A stretch of DNA of 32,825 bases from Candidatus Parcubacteria bacterium (GTDB taxonomy: Bacteria; Patescibacteriota; Minisyncoccia; Phycocordibacterales; CAYZPE01), in assembly GCA_046050145.1 (NCBI GenBank), contig JBJOQC010000006.1, forward strand, positions 1 to 32,825, written 5' to 3'. Within the stretch, counting starts at the first letter, position 1, and every line of letters starts with the position of its first letter. Position numbers and translations under genes: made by a program. Below, piece by piece: positions 13,788 to 22,061 of the stretch. The notes under the pieces are model-generated. The model worked only from the letters and a program-made list of their open reading frames with translations, had not been told where the DNA came from and ran no database searches.

Positions 13788-14537
13788 ATGTCCCAATATT
13801 ACAAATCAAACAGGGGGGCGGGGTGGAATTATGGCGGTGATAATTGGAAGCTGAGTCGATCTAAGATTGATTTGTTTTTGGAGTGTCCAAGGTGTTTTTA
13901 TATTGATAATAAGCTGGGTGTGAAGCGTGTGCCTGGGTTTCCATTTTCAATAAATAGTGCGGTTGATCATTTGCTCAAACAAGAATTTGACGGTCATAGA
14001 GTAAAAAATGAACAACATCCTTTGCAGAAAGAGTACGGAATTGATGCGAGGCCTGCAGCGCACGATGAGCTCGATGAGTGGCGAAGAAATTTTGGTGGGG
14101 TTCGCTTTTTTCATGAGTCTACGGGGATGCTCGTTACGGGAGCTATTGATGATCTGTGGGTGAATGGTAAGGGTGAATATATTGTTGTTGATTATAAAGC
14201 GACAGCAAAAGAAGAGGCTGTAAAGGTGCTTGATCAGGAGTGGCAGGATGGATACAAGAGGCAGATGGAAGTGTATCAGTGGCTTTTGAGGCAGAACGGA
14301 CTCAAGGTTTCAGATACCGGGTACTTTGTGTACTGTACGGGAAAGATGGATAGACAGGCTTTTGATAAAAGAATTGAGTTTGATATTAATCTCATTCCAT
14401 ACACCGGAAGTGATGCGTGGGTGGAAAAGACTTTAGAGAAGATAAAGAAGTGTTTGGAAAGTGAAAAAATTCCAAAATCTGGTGAGGATTGCGATCATTG
14501 CTTGTATTTTAACGCGAGACAAGAGGTTGAGGAATAA
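13788..14537 (+). CDS. Cas4-like PD-(D/E)XK nuclease with four cysteines (RecB/Cas4 family)
   Basis: 249 aa. GAIDDLW ... IVVDYKAT gives the D...(D/E)xK motif. RQMEVYQWLL gives the QxxxY motif. Cys pairs occur at ECPRCF (C33, C36) and CDHC near the C-terminus. The gene starts 3 nt after the upstream stop. Confidence 0.75.
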   Translation: MSQYYKSNRGAGWNYGGDNWKLSRSKIDLFLECPRCFYIDNKLGVKRVPGFPFSINSAVDHLLKQEFDGHRVKNEQHPLQKEYGIDARPAAHDELDEWRRNFGGVRFFHESTGMLVTGAIDDLWVNGKGEYIVVDYKATAKEEAVKVLDQEWQDGYKRQMEVYQWLLRQNGLKVSDTGYFVYCTGKMDRQAFDKRIEFDINLIPYTGSDAWVEKTLEKIKKCLESEKIPKSGEDCDHCLYFNARQEVEE

Positions 14538-14563
14538 ACTGAATAGCTTGGTACTATATAGAT

Positions 14564-15361
14564 ATGAATAAGAAACTTATTTTTATACTTCTATTTTTTG
14601 TGATCATTTTTGGTTTAGGTTTTTATTTTTTAGAGGAAGATTCGTATGGTGACGTTGCTTCAAGTGGTGAAATAAGTGAGACATGTAATGCGGTAGGTAT
14701 AGAGCTTCGTGGAACGTTGCTAACATACGTTTCTTCTTCAGGGCACCAGTCTTTTCAAGACGATGTTGTTTCGAGTGAGGAAGTTGTCGGTTATTTATGG
14801 GAAGCTGAAAATGATGATGACATCAAAGCTGTAATTGTGGAAGTTGATTCTGCGGGCGGTGCGCCCGTAGCAGGTGAAGAGATCGCAAATATGATAAAAG
14901 AGATGACGAAGCCAGTCATTGCTGTTATTCGCCAACAGGGCTTGTCGGCATCGTACTGGGCGATTAGTAGTGCAGACAGAATCTTTGCCTCAAGAAATTC
15001 TGATGTGGGGAGTATCGGTGTGACTTCTTCGTACTCAGAAAATATTCTGACAGATAAGCGTTACGTTGAACTGTCGAGTGGAAAATTTAAAGATGCAGGA
15101 GATCCTGACAAAAGACTGACTGAAGAAGAAAAGAGTATTTTTCTTCGAGATATAAAGATTGTTCACGAAAATTTTATTCAAGACGTTGCAAACAATAGAA
15201 ATATTCCTATTGAATCTGTGCGAGTTTTTGCGGATGGATCATCGGTGCTTGGAGAGACTGCAAAGTCGCTTGGTCTTATTGATGAAATTGGAAGTTTGAT
15301 TGATGTTAAAAGATATATAGGTGACTTGATAGGGGAAAAAGCTGATGTGTGTTGGTATTAA
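14564..15361 (+). CDS. sppA: signal peptide peptidase SppA (S49 family, 36K type)
   Basis: N-terminal TM helix. IKAVIVEVDSAGGAPVAGEEIANMIKEMTKPVIAVIRQQGLSASYWAISSADRIFASRNSDVGSIGV is typical of S49 peptidases. Confidence 0.85.
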   Translation: MNKKLIFILLFFVIIFGLGFYFLEEDSYGDVASSGEISETCNAVGIELRGTLLTYVSSSGHQSFQDDVVSSEEVVGYLWEAENDDDIKAVIVEVDSAGGAPVAGEEIANMIKEMTKPVIAVIRQQGLSASYWAISSADRIFASRNSDVGSIGVTSSYSENILTDKRYVELSSGKFKDAGDPDKRLTEEEKSIFLRDIKIVHENFIQDVANNRNIPIESVRVFADGSSVLGETAKSLGLIDEIGSLIDVKRYIGDLIGEKADVCWY

Positions 15362-15366
15362 TTAAT

Positions 15367-15495
15367 ATGAAAGAAGAAACAAAAAGATTAATGGATGATC
15401 ATGATATTGACGAAGATACTGCTGAGCAAGCTCAGGAATTTATCGACGAAGGACTGGATGAAGATGAAGCAATTGAGATTGCTGAGAATTTGTAA
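15367..15495 (+). CDS. possible 42-aa highly acidic small protein
   Basis: ATG 15367 to TAA 15493-15495 reads MKEETKRLMDDHDIDEDTAEQAQEFIDEGLDEDEAIEIAENL. It starts 5 nt after the sppA stop and lies before the terminator at 15534. It is too short for the ORF track, and the only support is position. Confidence 0.3.
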   Translation: MKEETKRLMDDHDIDEDTAEQAQEFIDEGLDEDEAIEIAENL

Positions 15496-15533
15496 AAAAG
15501 GCAGAGGGGTAGTCTACAGACTAAAATAAAACA

Positions 15534-15562
15534 ATACGCCACACCTGTGGCGTATTTATTTT
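15534..15562 (+). terminator. rho-independent terminator
   Basis: ATACGCCAC (15534-15542), loop ACCT, GTGGCGTAT (15547-15555), then TTATTTT. Confidence 0.75.
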
Positions 15563-15603
15563 GGCTTTACCACTTCACTATTTTTGATAGCTAGAGGATT
15601 AGA

Positions 15604-16083
15604 GTGACTTTAGATGAAAATATGCGAATATATAGATATATGGAATCAGATGGGGTAGAGAATAATAAAAATTTGCTGGATGAAATTGAAAGACGCTTTC
15701 AGTTTACGATTATTGTTAGTTTATTTTTAGATTCTGCATGGAGTCTTTTTTTGAATAAATTTACTATTTTTGTCGGCACGTTTAAAAATACTTCTTTTGT
15801 TGTTTTGGTAGCCTCATATGTTTTTTTAAGTTATCTTATTTTTGAGGTCTTTAAAAAGAAGTTAAGAAATAAGATATTAAATTTTATTAGTAGTATTTTA
15901 CTTGTATTTTCTTTTTGTTTAATTGTTGTTATCGGATTTTCTCCAAATCAAAATATGGTTGAAGCTTTTAATTGGTATTACTTTACTTCATCTTTCGCAC
16001 TTTTAGGAATCATGTTTCTTCCACTGTCTGTTATTTTTCTAACTGTGGGTGGAAACTTATATGCTTGGCTCAAGCGTTCCTAA
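15604..16083 (+). CDS. hypothetical multi-pass membrane protein
   Basis: 159-aa ORF (GTG start in the track; an in-frame ATG at 15622 is an alternative) with 4-5 hydrophobic helices. I recognise no family. Confidence 0.45.
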   Translation: MTLDENMRIYRYMESDGVENNKNLLDEIERRFQFTIIVSLFLDSAWSLFLNKFTIFVGTFKNTSFVVLVASYVFLSYLIFEVFKKKLRNKILNFISSILLVFSFCLIVVIGFSPNQNMVEAFNWYYFTSSFALLGIMFLPLSVIFLTVGGNLYAWLKRS

Positions 16084-16100
16084 TAATAAATTCTGTTTTT

Positions 16101-16109
16101 TGCTATAAT
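16101..16109 (+). promoter_or_regulatory. candidate extended -10 promoter
   Basis: TGCTATAAT sits 27 nt upstream of the ATG at 16137. Confidence 0.4.
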
Positions 16110-16136
16110 AACCTTGTTATTAAATAACTAAAAAAT

Positions 16137-16496
16137 ATGTCAGCAGATATATCACAACAGATTAAGGAGTTCAATCAGAATCTTCAAAGACATCAACAGG
16201 AAGCAAAACAAAAACTTGATAGAGCAGAAGTTTTAAAAGGGGACATACAAAAATTAGATGAACTGAAGAAAAATGCGTCAAAATTAGATATCGATATTTC
16301 TGCAAAGAAACAAGAAATAAAAAAATTAGAGGAATTAAAGAAAGATGCTTCGAAATTGGACTCGGAGATTTCTACAAAGAAAAGAGAAGAAGATAAACTT
16401 GTTGGTGAGGTTAAAGAGATCATGCGGGACGAAGATAAGATTAAAAATGAGCTTAGAGAATTAGAACAGACATTAAAATCAATGCAGAAGAAGTAG
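16137..16496 (+). CDS. coiled-coil protein with an internal tandem repeat
   Basis: 119 aa, K/E-rich. The unit L(D/E)ELKK(N/D)ASKLD(I/S)(D/E)IS(A/T)KK(Q/R)E occurs twice in tandem. Confidence 0.5.
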   Translation: MSADISQQIKEFNQNLQRHQQEAKQKLDRAEVLKGDIQKLDELKKNASKLDIDISAKKQEIKKLEELKKDASKLDSEISTKKREEDKLVGEVKEIMRDEDKIKNELRELEQTLKSMQKK

Positions 16497-16503
16497 AGAA
16501 AAT

Positions 16504-16544
16504 AAAAAAACAGCCCGCACACGGTGTGTGCAGGCTGTTTTTTT
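16504..16544. terminator. bidirectional terminator between the convergent 16137 ORF and trxB
   Basis: A-run 16504-16510, CAGCCCGCACAC (16511-16522), loop GGT, GTGTGCAGGCTG (16526-16537; one mismatch), then T-run 16538-16544. Confidence 0.75.
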
Positions 16545-16552
16545 GTGTGTAT

Positions 16553-17473
16553 TTATCGAGCGTGGAGATGGACGTATATATCTTCGAGGGCTTTTACCGC
16601 ATCTCCTGCGGCGATATTATTTTGGTGATAGAGTCCATCGGTACAATCTCCAGCTGCCCATATGCCAGTAGTTTTTGTTTGCTGATTACGTGGATCAACC
16701 TTGATTTGTCCAATTTCATTTTGCTCTACAATGCTTTTAACAAAAGAAGTTGTAGGAATGAGTCCAACCTCAACAAAGATTGCAGGTGCAATAATTTCTT
16801 TCTCTTCCCCAGTTTTTGCATCTTTATAAAAAATACCTGTGACGAATTTTTCACCCACCACTTTAGTTGGGACAGCATTTTTAAGTGCCTTTATGTTTGG
16901 GTGTGAGAGTACCTTTTCTACAGTTACAGGATCTGCTCTGAAAGTATCACTTCGATTAAGAAGGGTAACGCTCTTTGCATAGGCAAGAAGTTGAGCTGCA
17001 GTTTCAAATGCAGCATTGCCTCCACCGACTACTACCATATCAAGCCCCACAAAGAGTGGGCCGTCGCACGAAGCGCAGTAGGTGAGTCCTTTGTGTTCAT
17101 ATTCTTTTGCGCCTGGTATATCTAGTGTGCGACGAGTGCTTCCAGTCGTTACAAGTACTGTTTTTGCTGCATATGAGTTTTTGTCGGTTTTGATAGTAAA
17201 ATTACCTTCAGTCCCTGAAACTTCTTTTACATATTCACCCTTTTTAATATCTACAATATCACTTGCATATGCTTTGAGATGATTCTCAAGGGAGCTTGCA
17301 AGATCATTTCCTTTTATTGAAATAGTACCAATCCAGTTTTGTATGTCTTCGGATACGATGCTCTGACCTCCAAAGTCAGGGGTTATAAAAACAGTCTTAA
17401 GTTTTTTTCGAGAAGCGTAGACTCCCGCTGCTACTCCTCCGGGGCCACCGCCGATAATTGCTAGGTCGTACAT
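16553..17473 (-). CDS. trxB: thioredoxin-disulfide reductase
   Basis: MYDLAIIGGGPGGVAAGVYASR (FAD GxGxxG), redox-active CASCDG, VVVGGGNAAFETA (NADPH site), and GIWAAGDCTD. Confidence 0.9.
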   Translation of the reverse strand: MYDLAIIGGGPGGVAAGVYASRKKLKTVFITPDFGGQSIVSEDIQNWIGTISIKGNDLASSLENHLKAYASDIVDIKKGEYVKEVSGTEGNFTIKTDKNSYAAKTVLVTTGSTRRTLDIPGAKEYEHKGLTYCASCDGPLFVGLDMVVVGGGNAAFETAAQLLAYAKSVTLLNRSDTFRADPVTVEKVLSHPNIKALKNAVPTKVVGEKFVTGIFYKDAKTGEEKEIIAPAIFVEVGLIPTTSFVKSIVEQNEIGQIKVDPRNQQTKTTGIWAAGDCTDGLYHQNNIAAGDAVKALEDIYVHLHAR

Positions 17474-17588
17474 GATTTTTAGGTTTTAGCTATTAGCTGT
17501 TAGCTTCTAATATAAGAATACAATACATAATAACAGAAACTGTTTTTCTTTAAAATTTTCCTAAAAGCAAACAGCTGTAAGCTAAAAG

Positions 17589-18740
17589 CTATTTGAGTTT
17601 TGATCTTCGGAGAAAGGCTGGTACGGCGCCCCAGTCATCATCACTATCTTCGATTATAGGTTTCTTTTCCGCCTCTACTTTTTCTCGTTGAATAGATGGT
17701 TGTGCTGGTACTGAGTTGTAGATTTTTCCAGCAGGTTCAGGGCGTTGTATTTCTCCCACACCCATTACTTTTCTTTCTGACTGACCTTCAGGAAAACCAG
17801 ATGCGATAACTGTAATTTTAATTTCTCCTTTTTTAAGACGGTCACTTCGAACAGTACCAAAAATAATTTTGGCATTTGGATCAACAGATTCAGTGATAAC
17901 CTTTGCAGCATCCTGTATTTCAAACATGGTGATATCGTCACCTCCAGCAATAGAGAAGAGTACTCCTTTTGCTCCAGCGATAGAGACTTCGAGAAGGGGA
18001 GAGTTGATCGCTTGTTTCGCAGCTTCGATAGCTCTATTTTCACCTGTAGCAGAACCAATACCCATCAAAGCTGAACCTGCATTTTCCATAACAGCTCGGA
18101 TGTCGGCGAAGTCGATGTTGATAATACCTGGAGTAGTAATGAGGTCTGAAATACCCTCAACAGCATTTTTCAAAACATCGTCACAAATAGCAAATGCGTT
18201 TTTTGCAGTAGTTCCCTTATCAATATTTGCGAGAAGTCTATCGTTTGGTACTACGATGATTGCATCAACTGATTTACGAAGCTCTTCGAGCGCTTGTTCA
18301 GCAATACGAAGACGTTGCTGTCCTTCAAAGAAGAACGGTTTAGTTGTTACGGCAACAGTAAGTGAGCCAAGTTCCTTTGCGATCTGAGCAATTTTTGGAG
18401 CGGCTCCTGAGAATGTTCCACCTCCACAACCTCCAGCAATAAAAACCATATCAGAACCTTTGATTGCCTCTTGGATTTCTTCTTGTGTTTCTTCCACGGC
18501 ACGGCGGCCCATATCAGGGTTCATTCCTGTACCAAGTCCTCGAGTGAGGTTTTTACCAATATGAATTTTTTTCTTAGCGAGAGAGTGGTGAAGGTCCTGA
18601 GCGTCAGTATTGATCGCAATAAAATCAACACCCTTCACTTTTGAGTTGATCATGTGGTTGATCGCATTCTTACCTGATCCGCCGATTCCGGTGACCTTGA
18701 TTCGTGCAAATGCTTCTACTTCTGGTTTGATTTGGGGCAT
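17589..18740 (-). CDS. ftsZ: cell division GTPase FtsZ
   Basis: IKVTGIGGSGKNAINHM, GLGTGMNP, the tubulin signature region FIAGGCGGGTFSGAAPKIAQIAKE, and NIDFADI. The C-terminal tail ends in PAFLRR. Confidence 0.95.
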   Translation of the reverse strand: MPQIKPEVEAFARIKVTGIGGSGKNAINHMINSKVKGVDFIAINTDAQDLHHSLAKKKIHIGKNLTRGLGTGMNPDMGRRAVEETQEEIQEAIKGSDMVFIAGGCGGGTFSGAAPKIAQIAKELGSLTVAVTTKPFFFEGQQRLRIAEQALEELRKSVDAIIVVPNDRLLANIDKGTTAKNAFAICDDVLKNAVEGISDLITTPGIINIDFADIRAVMENAGSALMGIGSATGENRAIEAAKQAINSPLLEVSIAGAKGVLFSIAGGDDITMFEIQDAAKVITESVDPNAKIIFGTVRSDRLKKGEIKITVIASGFPEGQSERKVMGVGEIQRPEPAGKIYNSVPAQPSIQREKVEAEKKPIIEDSDDDWGAVPAFLRRSKLK

Positions 18741-18855
18741 ACGGGTTTTTCTATCTATTCTTAGGTTTGAACAATCATATCAGAAAAGAATTTAAAAAAG
18801 AAACACCTTGTTTAAGGCGTTTTTTTGTAGTCTATTTATTTTTAAGAATGGAGTA

Positions 18856-20040
18856 CTAAGGTAAGAATTTTTTTATGAATCCCCAGATTTTTTCTCCAAA
18901 ACCTCGGGCAAAATGTTTAATTCCAAGACTTGTTTGATCTTTTGAGCTAATGCCAAGTATGCAAAGACCATAGGCTACTGACCATGTTGAATCTTTGATT
19001 TGATTTTTAGAACTGTCTCGTACTTGAATACTTGCAATTCGAGAGGGGAGTTTAAGGTATGTTTTTGCTATATCTTCAATACTTCCAATACCAGATCCTC
19101 CTCCAGTAATGACGATACCAGCAGGGAGGAGTCCACTTCGTCCTATTTTTTTGAGATGTGCTTCGATAAGTTCAAACATATCACGTAAACGTCCACCGAT
19201 TATTTCTTCTAGTTTTTTACGCGAATAAGAAGTGCCCGAAAGAGATCCTGTTTTTATTCCCTCTGCTTCGTCTAGTGGAATTTTAAAACCAAGCGCAATA
19301 TCGTTTGTGATGTCAGTTGAACCCATAGGGAATACTTCAAGTGAAATTGGGATATTGTTTTCAAATACAACGATTGAGATTGTTTCCGCACCAATATTTG
19401 CAAGGACACAACCTGCAATTTTTTGAGTTTTAGAGAGGGTAACAAAGCTTGCAGCAATAGGAGAAGCAATAACATCAGCAACTTCAACACCCACATCTTC
19501 TACGGCTTGAATAAGATCGTTTACATGATGTTCGAGGGCACTTATAAATAAGGCTTGAACTTCAAGTTTTGTACCTCGCATACCAATAGGTTTACCTCCA
19601 AGTATTGGCTTTCCGTCTATTTTATAAGAGATCGGTATCGCGTGAATTGTTTTGCGGTTGAGTGAAAGTGCAGGAGGAACTTCGTGTTCACACATTTCCA
19701 TCACTTTCTCCATATCAAGCTCTGAGACTTGAGAATCCGCACGAGAAATAATAACTGAACCTTGAGAAGTGTTGCCCGAAAGTCCAATACCTCCAACAGA
19801 AATAAAAGCACGTTTTATTTTTACACCACTTGATTTTTCAGCTTGTGAAATAGCGCTCGAAAGACTCTTTAATGCATCAGATGGATTGATGATGTATCCA
19901 TGACGAAGGCCTTTTGACTCAGCGAAACCGGAGCCTATAATGCGTGGCAAAAAACGATCATTTTCTTTGACGCTTTCTGCGACAAGAACTTTGATCTGGT
20001 ATGTTCCAATATCTATACCTACAGTGATGTTTCGTGCCAT
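18856..20040 (-). CDS. ftsA: cell division protein FtsA
   Basis: Actin-fold motifs VGIDIGTYQIKVLVAE, ANIGAETISIVVFEN and IVITGGGSGIGSIEDIAK. It lies directly upstream of ftsZ. The start is set at the ATG at 20040; the track ORF extension to 20133 runs into the ybeY terminator. Confidence 0.9.
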   Translation of the reverse strand: MARNITVGIDIGTYQIKVLVAESVKENDRFLPRIIGSGFAESKGLRHGYIINPSDALKSLSSAISQAEKSSGVKIKRAFISVGGIGLSGNTSQGSVIISRADSQVSELDMEKVMEMCEHEVPPALSLNRKTIHAIPISYKIDGKPILGGKPIGMRGTKLEVQALFISALEHHVNDLIQAVEDVGVEVADVIASPIAASFVTLSKTQKIAGCVLANIGAETISIVVFENNIPISLEVFPMGSTDITNDIALGFKIPLDEAEGIKTGSLSGTSYSRKKLEEIIGGRLRDMFELIEAHLKKIGRSGLLPAGIVITGGGSGIGSIEDIAKTYLKLPSRIASIQVRDSSKNQIKDSTWSVAYGLCILGISSKDQTSLGIKHFARGFGEKIWGFIKKFLP

Positions 20041-20120
20041 GAGAAATAAAAAGCAAATGCAATGCTTGATGCAATCTATTGTACTACAACAGTACTCTTT
20101 TTTCTGTGCACAGTTTTGTA

Positions 20121-20153
20121 AAAAATAAACCACCCTCTTTTGAGGGTGGTTTA
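20121..20153 (-). terminator. rho-independent terminator after ybeY
   Basis: TAAACCACCCTC (20126-20137), loop TTTT, GAGGGTGGTTTA (20142-20153). The A-run at 20121-20125 gives the U-tract on the minus strand. Confidence 0.7.
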
Positions 20154-20166
20154 TTTGAGAAAAGTA

Positions 20167-20553
20167 TTAGAGATTAAACTTTTTTCGAGTTTCTTCTTCA
20201 AGTCTATCCATTTCATCACTGTGATCGTGACCTTTGAGGTGGTAGAGTCCGTGCACATAGAGTAGTCCTATAAAATCTTCGAAAGTCTTGTCCCATTCCT
20301 TGGCTTCTTCAAGTGCTTTTTTTGGATTTATAAAAATTTCTCCAGAATGTTCGTCCAAAGGGAAGGAAAGTACATTTGTTGGTTTATTTTTTCCTCGATA
20401 AGAAAAGTTTAGTTTTTTAGAAGTGGTGTCTCCTACAAAAACAAGACTCAGTTCATAGTCAGCACCAAGAACTTCATTTTTTATATCGACAAAAGGCAAG
20501 CTTGGGAGCTTGCCTTTTGTTTTATTTGTTATTTCTAGATTCCCTTCATTCAT
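20167..20553 (-). CDS. ybeY: rRNA maturation endoribonuclease YbeY
   Basis: 128 aa with the HGLYHLKGHDH zinc motif (HGxLHLxGxDH). Confidence 0.9.
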   Translation of the reverse strand: MNEGNLEITNKTKGKLPSLPFVDIKNEVLGADYELSLVFVGDTTSKKLNFSYRGKNKPTNVLSFPLDEHSGEIFINPKKALEEAKEWDKTFEDFIGLLYVHGLYHLKGHDHSDEMDRLEEETRKKFNL

Positions 20554-20556
20554 GTG

Positions 20557-20817
20557 CTATTTCTTTCTCTTTCCTTTTGCTTCAAGAGCAGGATCAGCCA
20601 TTTTTCCGAGTTTGATAAGGTCATCAATACGTGCCTTTTCTGTAAGTCGAGCAAGTTTCTTATTTCGACGAACATTTTCAGACTTGATTCGAGTGTGATA
20701 ACGAATACCACGTACTCGAGGGAGAACTCCTGAGCCTTGAACACGCTTTGTAAAGCGTCTCAAAATACTGAGACTTGTTTCGTTGTTATTTCTGTTTATT
20801 TCTACATTTACTGACAT
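20557..20817 (-). CDS. rpsU: 30S ribosomal protein S21
   Basis: 86 aa and basic. NETSLSILRRFTKRVQGSGVLPRVRGIRYHTRIKSENVRRNKK fits the S21 pattern (ALRRFKR...G...E.R.R.fYekPs..rkr). It sits 3 nt upstream of ybeY. Confidence 0.7.
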   Translation of the reverse strand: MSVNVEINRNNNETSLSILRRFTKRVQGSGVLPRVRGIRYHTRIKSENVRRNKKLARLTEKARIDDLIKLGKMADPALEAKGKRKK

Positions 20818-20874
20818 AGTGGCTAATATACTAACATAAGGGTTTTATATCTGCAATACAGGGCTTTTTGAGCC

Positions 20875-22047
20875 TTACATACTGCTTTTTTCGTGTATTC
20901 TGATGAGGTAATGAGGTAAATCCTCTAGAGTGACAGTTTCTTGCGCACGAGTCTCTGCGTCTCGTACCACAACACTATTTTCCATAGCTTCTTTCTGTCC
21001 CATAATAATCACAAAAGGGAGGTTCATGTGTTCGGCTGAAGATATTTGACCGGTTATTTTGTCTCGCGCAAGAGCATGAAGTATTGGTATGCCCCACTTA
21101 CGTAGATTTTCTATAACAGTAAGACTTTTTAGTTTTGCTTCGAAACCAAGTTGTATAAAGTAGAACTGTGCAGGTTTTGGTTTTTTTAATTTAATTTTAC
21201 TCTTAAGTCGTTTATAGGCGCATGAAAGTCCAACTGCAGGAACGTCTTTTTTGTATCCAAGACGGCGAGATAAAGGGTTGTATCGAAAACCAAAACCACA
21301 GACAAAATCTTTTTCGTCACCAGGTTCCTTTGTTTTAAGTTCAAAGAGTGTTTGAGCAAAACATTCTTTGTGTCCAAAGAGTGTTTGGTCAATGGTGTAA
21401 GGAATATTGATTGTTTCTATAAACTCAAGTACTTCTTTGAAGTGATTTCGAGCATGTTCAGAGAGAAAACCAAGAGAGCGTGGCGCATCGTGTTGTATTG
21501 CTTGGCAGACTTCATCATTACAGGTGTGGGTGATTGGATTTTTCCTGATATGGTCTTTGCACGCGTGGGGAAGTTCGGCTATTTTCTTTTTATAATAATT
21601 CCAAATGTCTCGCTCGAATCGTTGTGCAGAGTCACGGTCTCCAATACTGTTGAGTGTTACTGAAAAATCAAGATATCCTTCTTCTTCAAGAATAGCTCGG
21701 CTTGTTTTTATGAGGAGCGCTTCAGCAATGCTTCGTGTGGTGCCTATAATATCCAGAGAAAATTCAATAGTCTCTTTTTTCTGAGCTATTCGAGACAAAA
21801 CCATTGTTGGTTGTGACATGATCACTGACTCTTTTCCAAAGGCACGGAGGAGTGCAATTTTTTCATCTACTTTAAAAAGTGGAGCGTGGCTTGTAGTGTG
21901 CGACTTTCGTTCAAAAGGATTCTGTTTGAGTACATTTTTTACATGAAGAGCGTCATCTTTTGAGAGTGGTGGTATGTCAACAAACTTAAATCCGTAATAG
22001 GAGGCGATTTGAGCCACATGATCCCATTCGTGAACAGTTTTTTTCAT
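20875..22047 (-). CDS. hisS: histidyl-tRNA synthetase-like class II protein (divergent catalytic motifs)
   Basis: 390 aa. The C-terminal HGTP anticodon-binding pattern is clear (FYFIQLGFEAKLKSLTVIENLRKWGIPIL ... LPFVIIMGQKEAMENSVVVRD). The catalytic core aligns to HisRS, but motif 2 and motif 3 look degenerate (GFGFRYNPL in place of GGGRYDxL). Confidence 0.6.
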   Translation of the reverse strand: MKKTVHEWDHVAQIASYYGFKFVDIPPLSKDDALHVKNVLKQNPFERKSHTTSHAPLFKVDEKIALLRAFGKESVIMSQPTMVLSRIAQKKETIEFSLDIIGTTRSIAEALLIKTSRAILEEEGYLDFSVTLNSIGDRDSAQRFERDIWNYYKKKIAELPHACKDHIRKNPITHTCNDEVCQAIQHDAPRSLGFLSEHARNHFKEVLEFIETINIPYTIDQTLFGHKECFAQTLFELKTKEPGDEKDFVCGFGFRYNPLSRRLGYKKDVPAVGLSCAYKRLKSKIKLKKPKPAQFYFIQLGFEAKLKSLTVIENLRKWGIPILHALARDKITGQISSAEHMNLPFVIIMGQKEAMENSVVVRDAETRAQETVTLEDLPHYLIRIHEKSSM

Positions 22048-22061
22048 GATTATGTGTGAAA

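Noticed and set aside
13811-13826. G-rich run (GGGGGGCGGGG) in the Cas4-like gene, and A7 runs near the 3' end of the methyltransferase (about 12005-12063), as phase-variation tracts
   Set aside because: The homopolymers are only 6-7 nt, shorter than typical contingency-locus tracts. Without population data there is no evidence of slippage.
17869-18387. 172-aa plus-strand ORF inside ftsZ, and similar antisense ORFs inside gyrA (27996-28445), tsaD, ftsA, rpsA and the 16137 ORF
   Set aside because: These are classic shadow ORFs opposite strongly supported housekeeping genes. Their translations are Ser/Ala/Ile-rich nonsense with no motifs.
18800-18830. Weak hairpin (ACGCCTT-AAAC-AAGGTGT on the minus strand) between ftsA and ftsZ as an attenuator
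   Set aside because: The stem is 7 bp with a G-U pair in an AT-rich spacer. It is plausible but not distinguishable from chance by eye.
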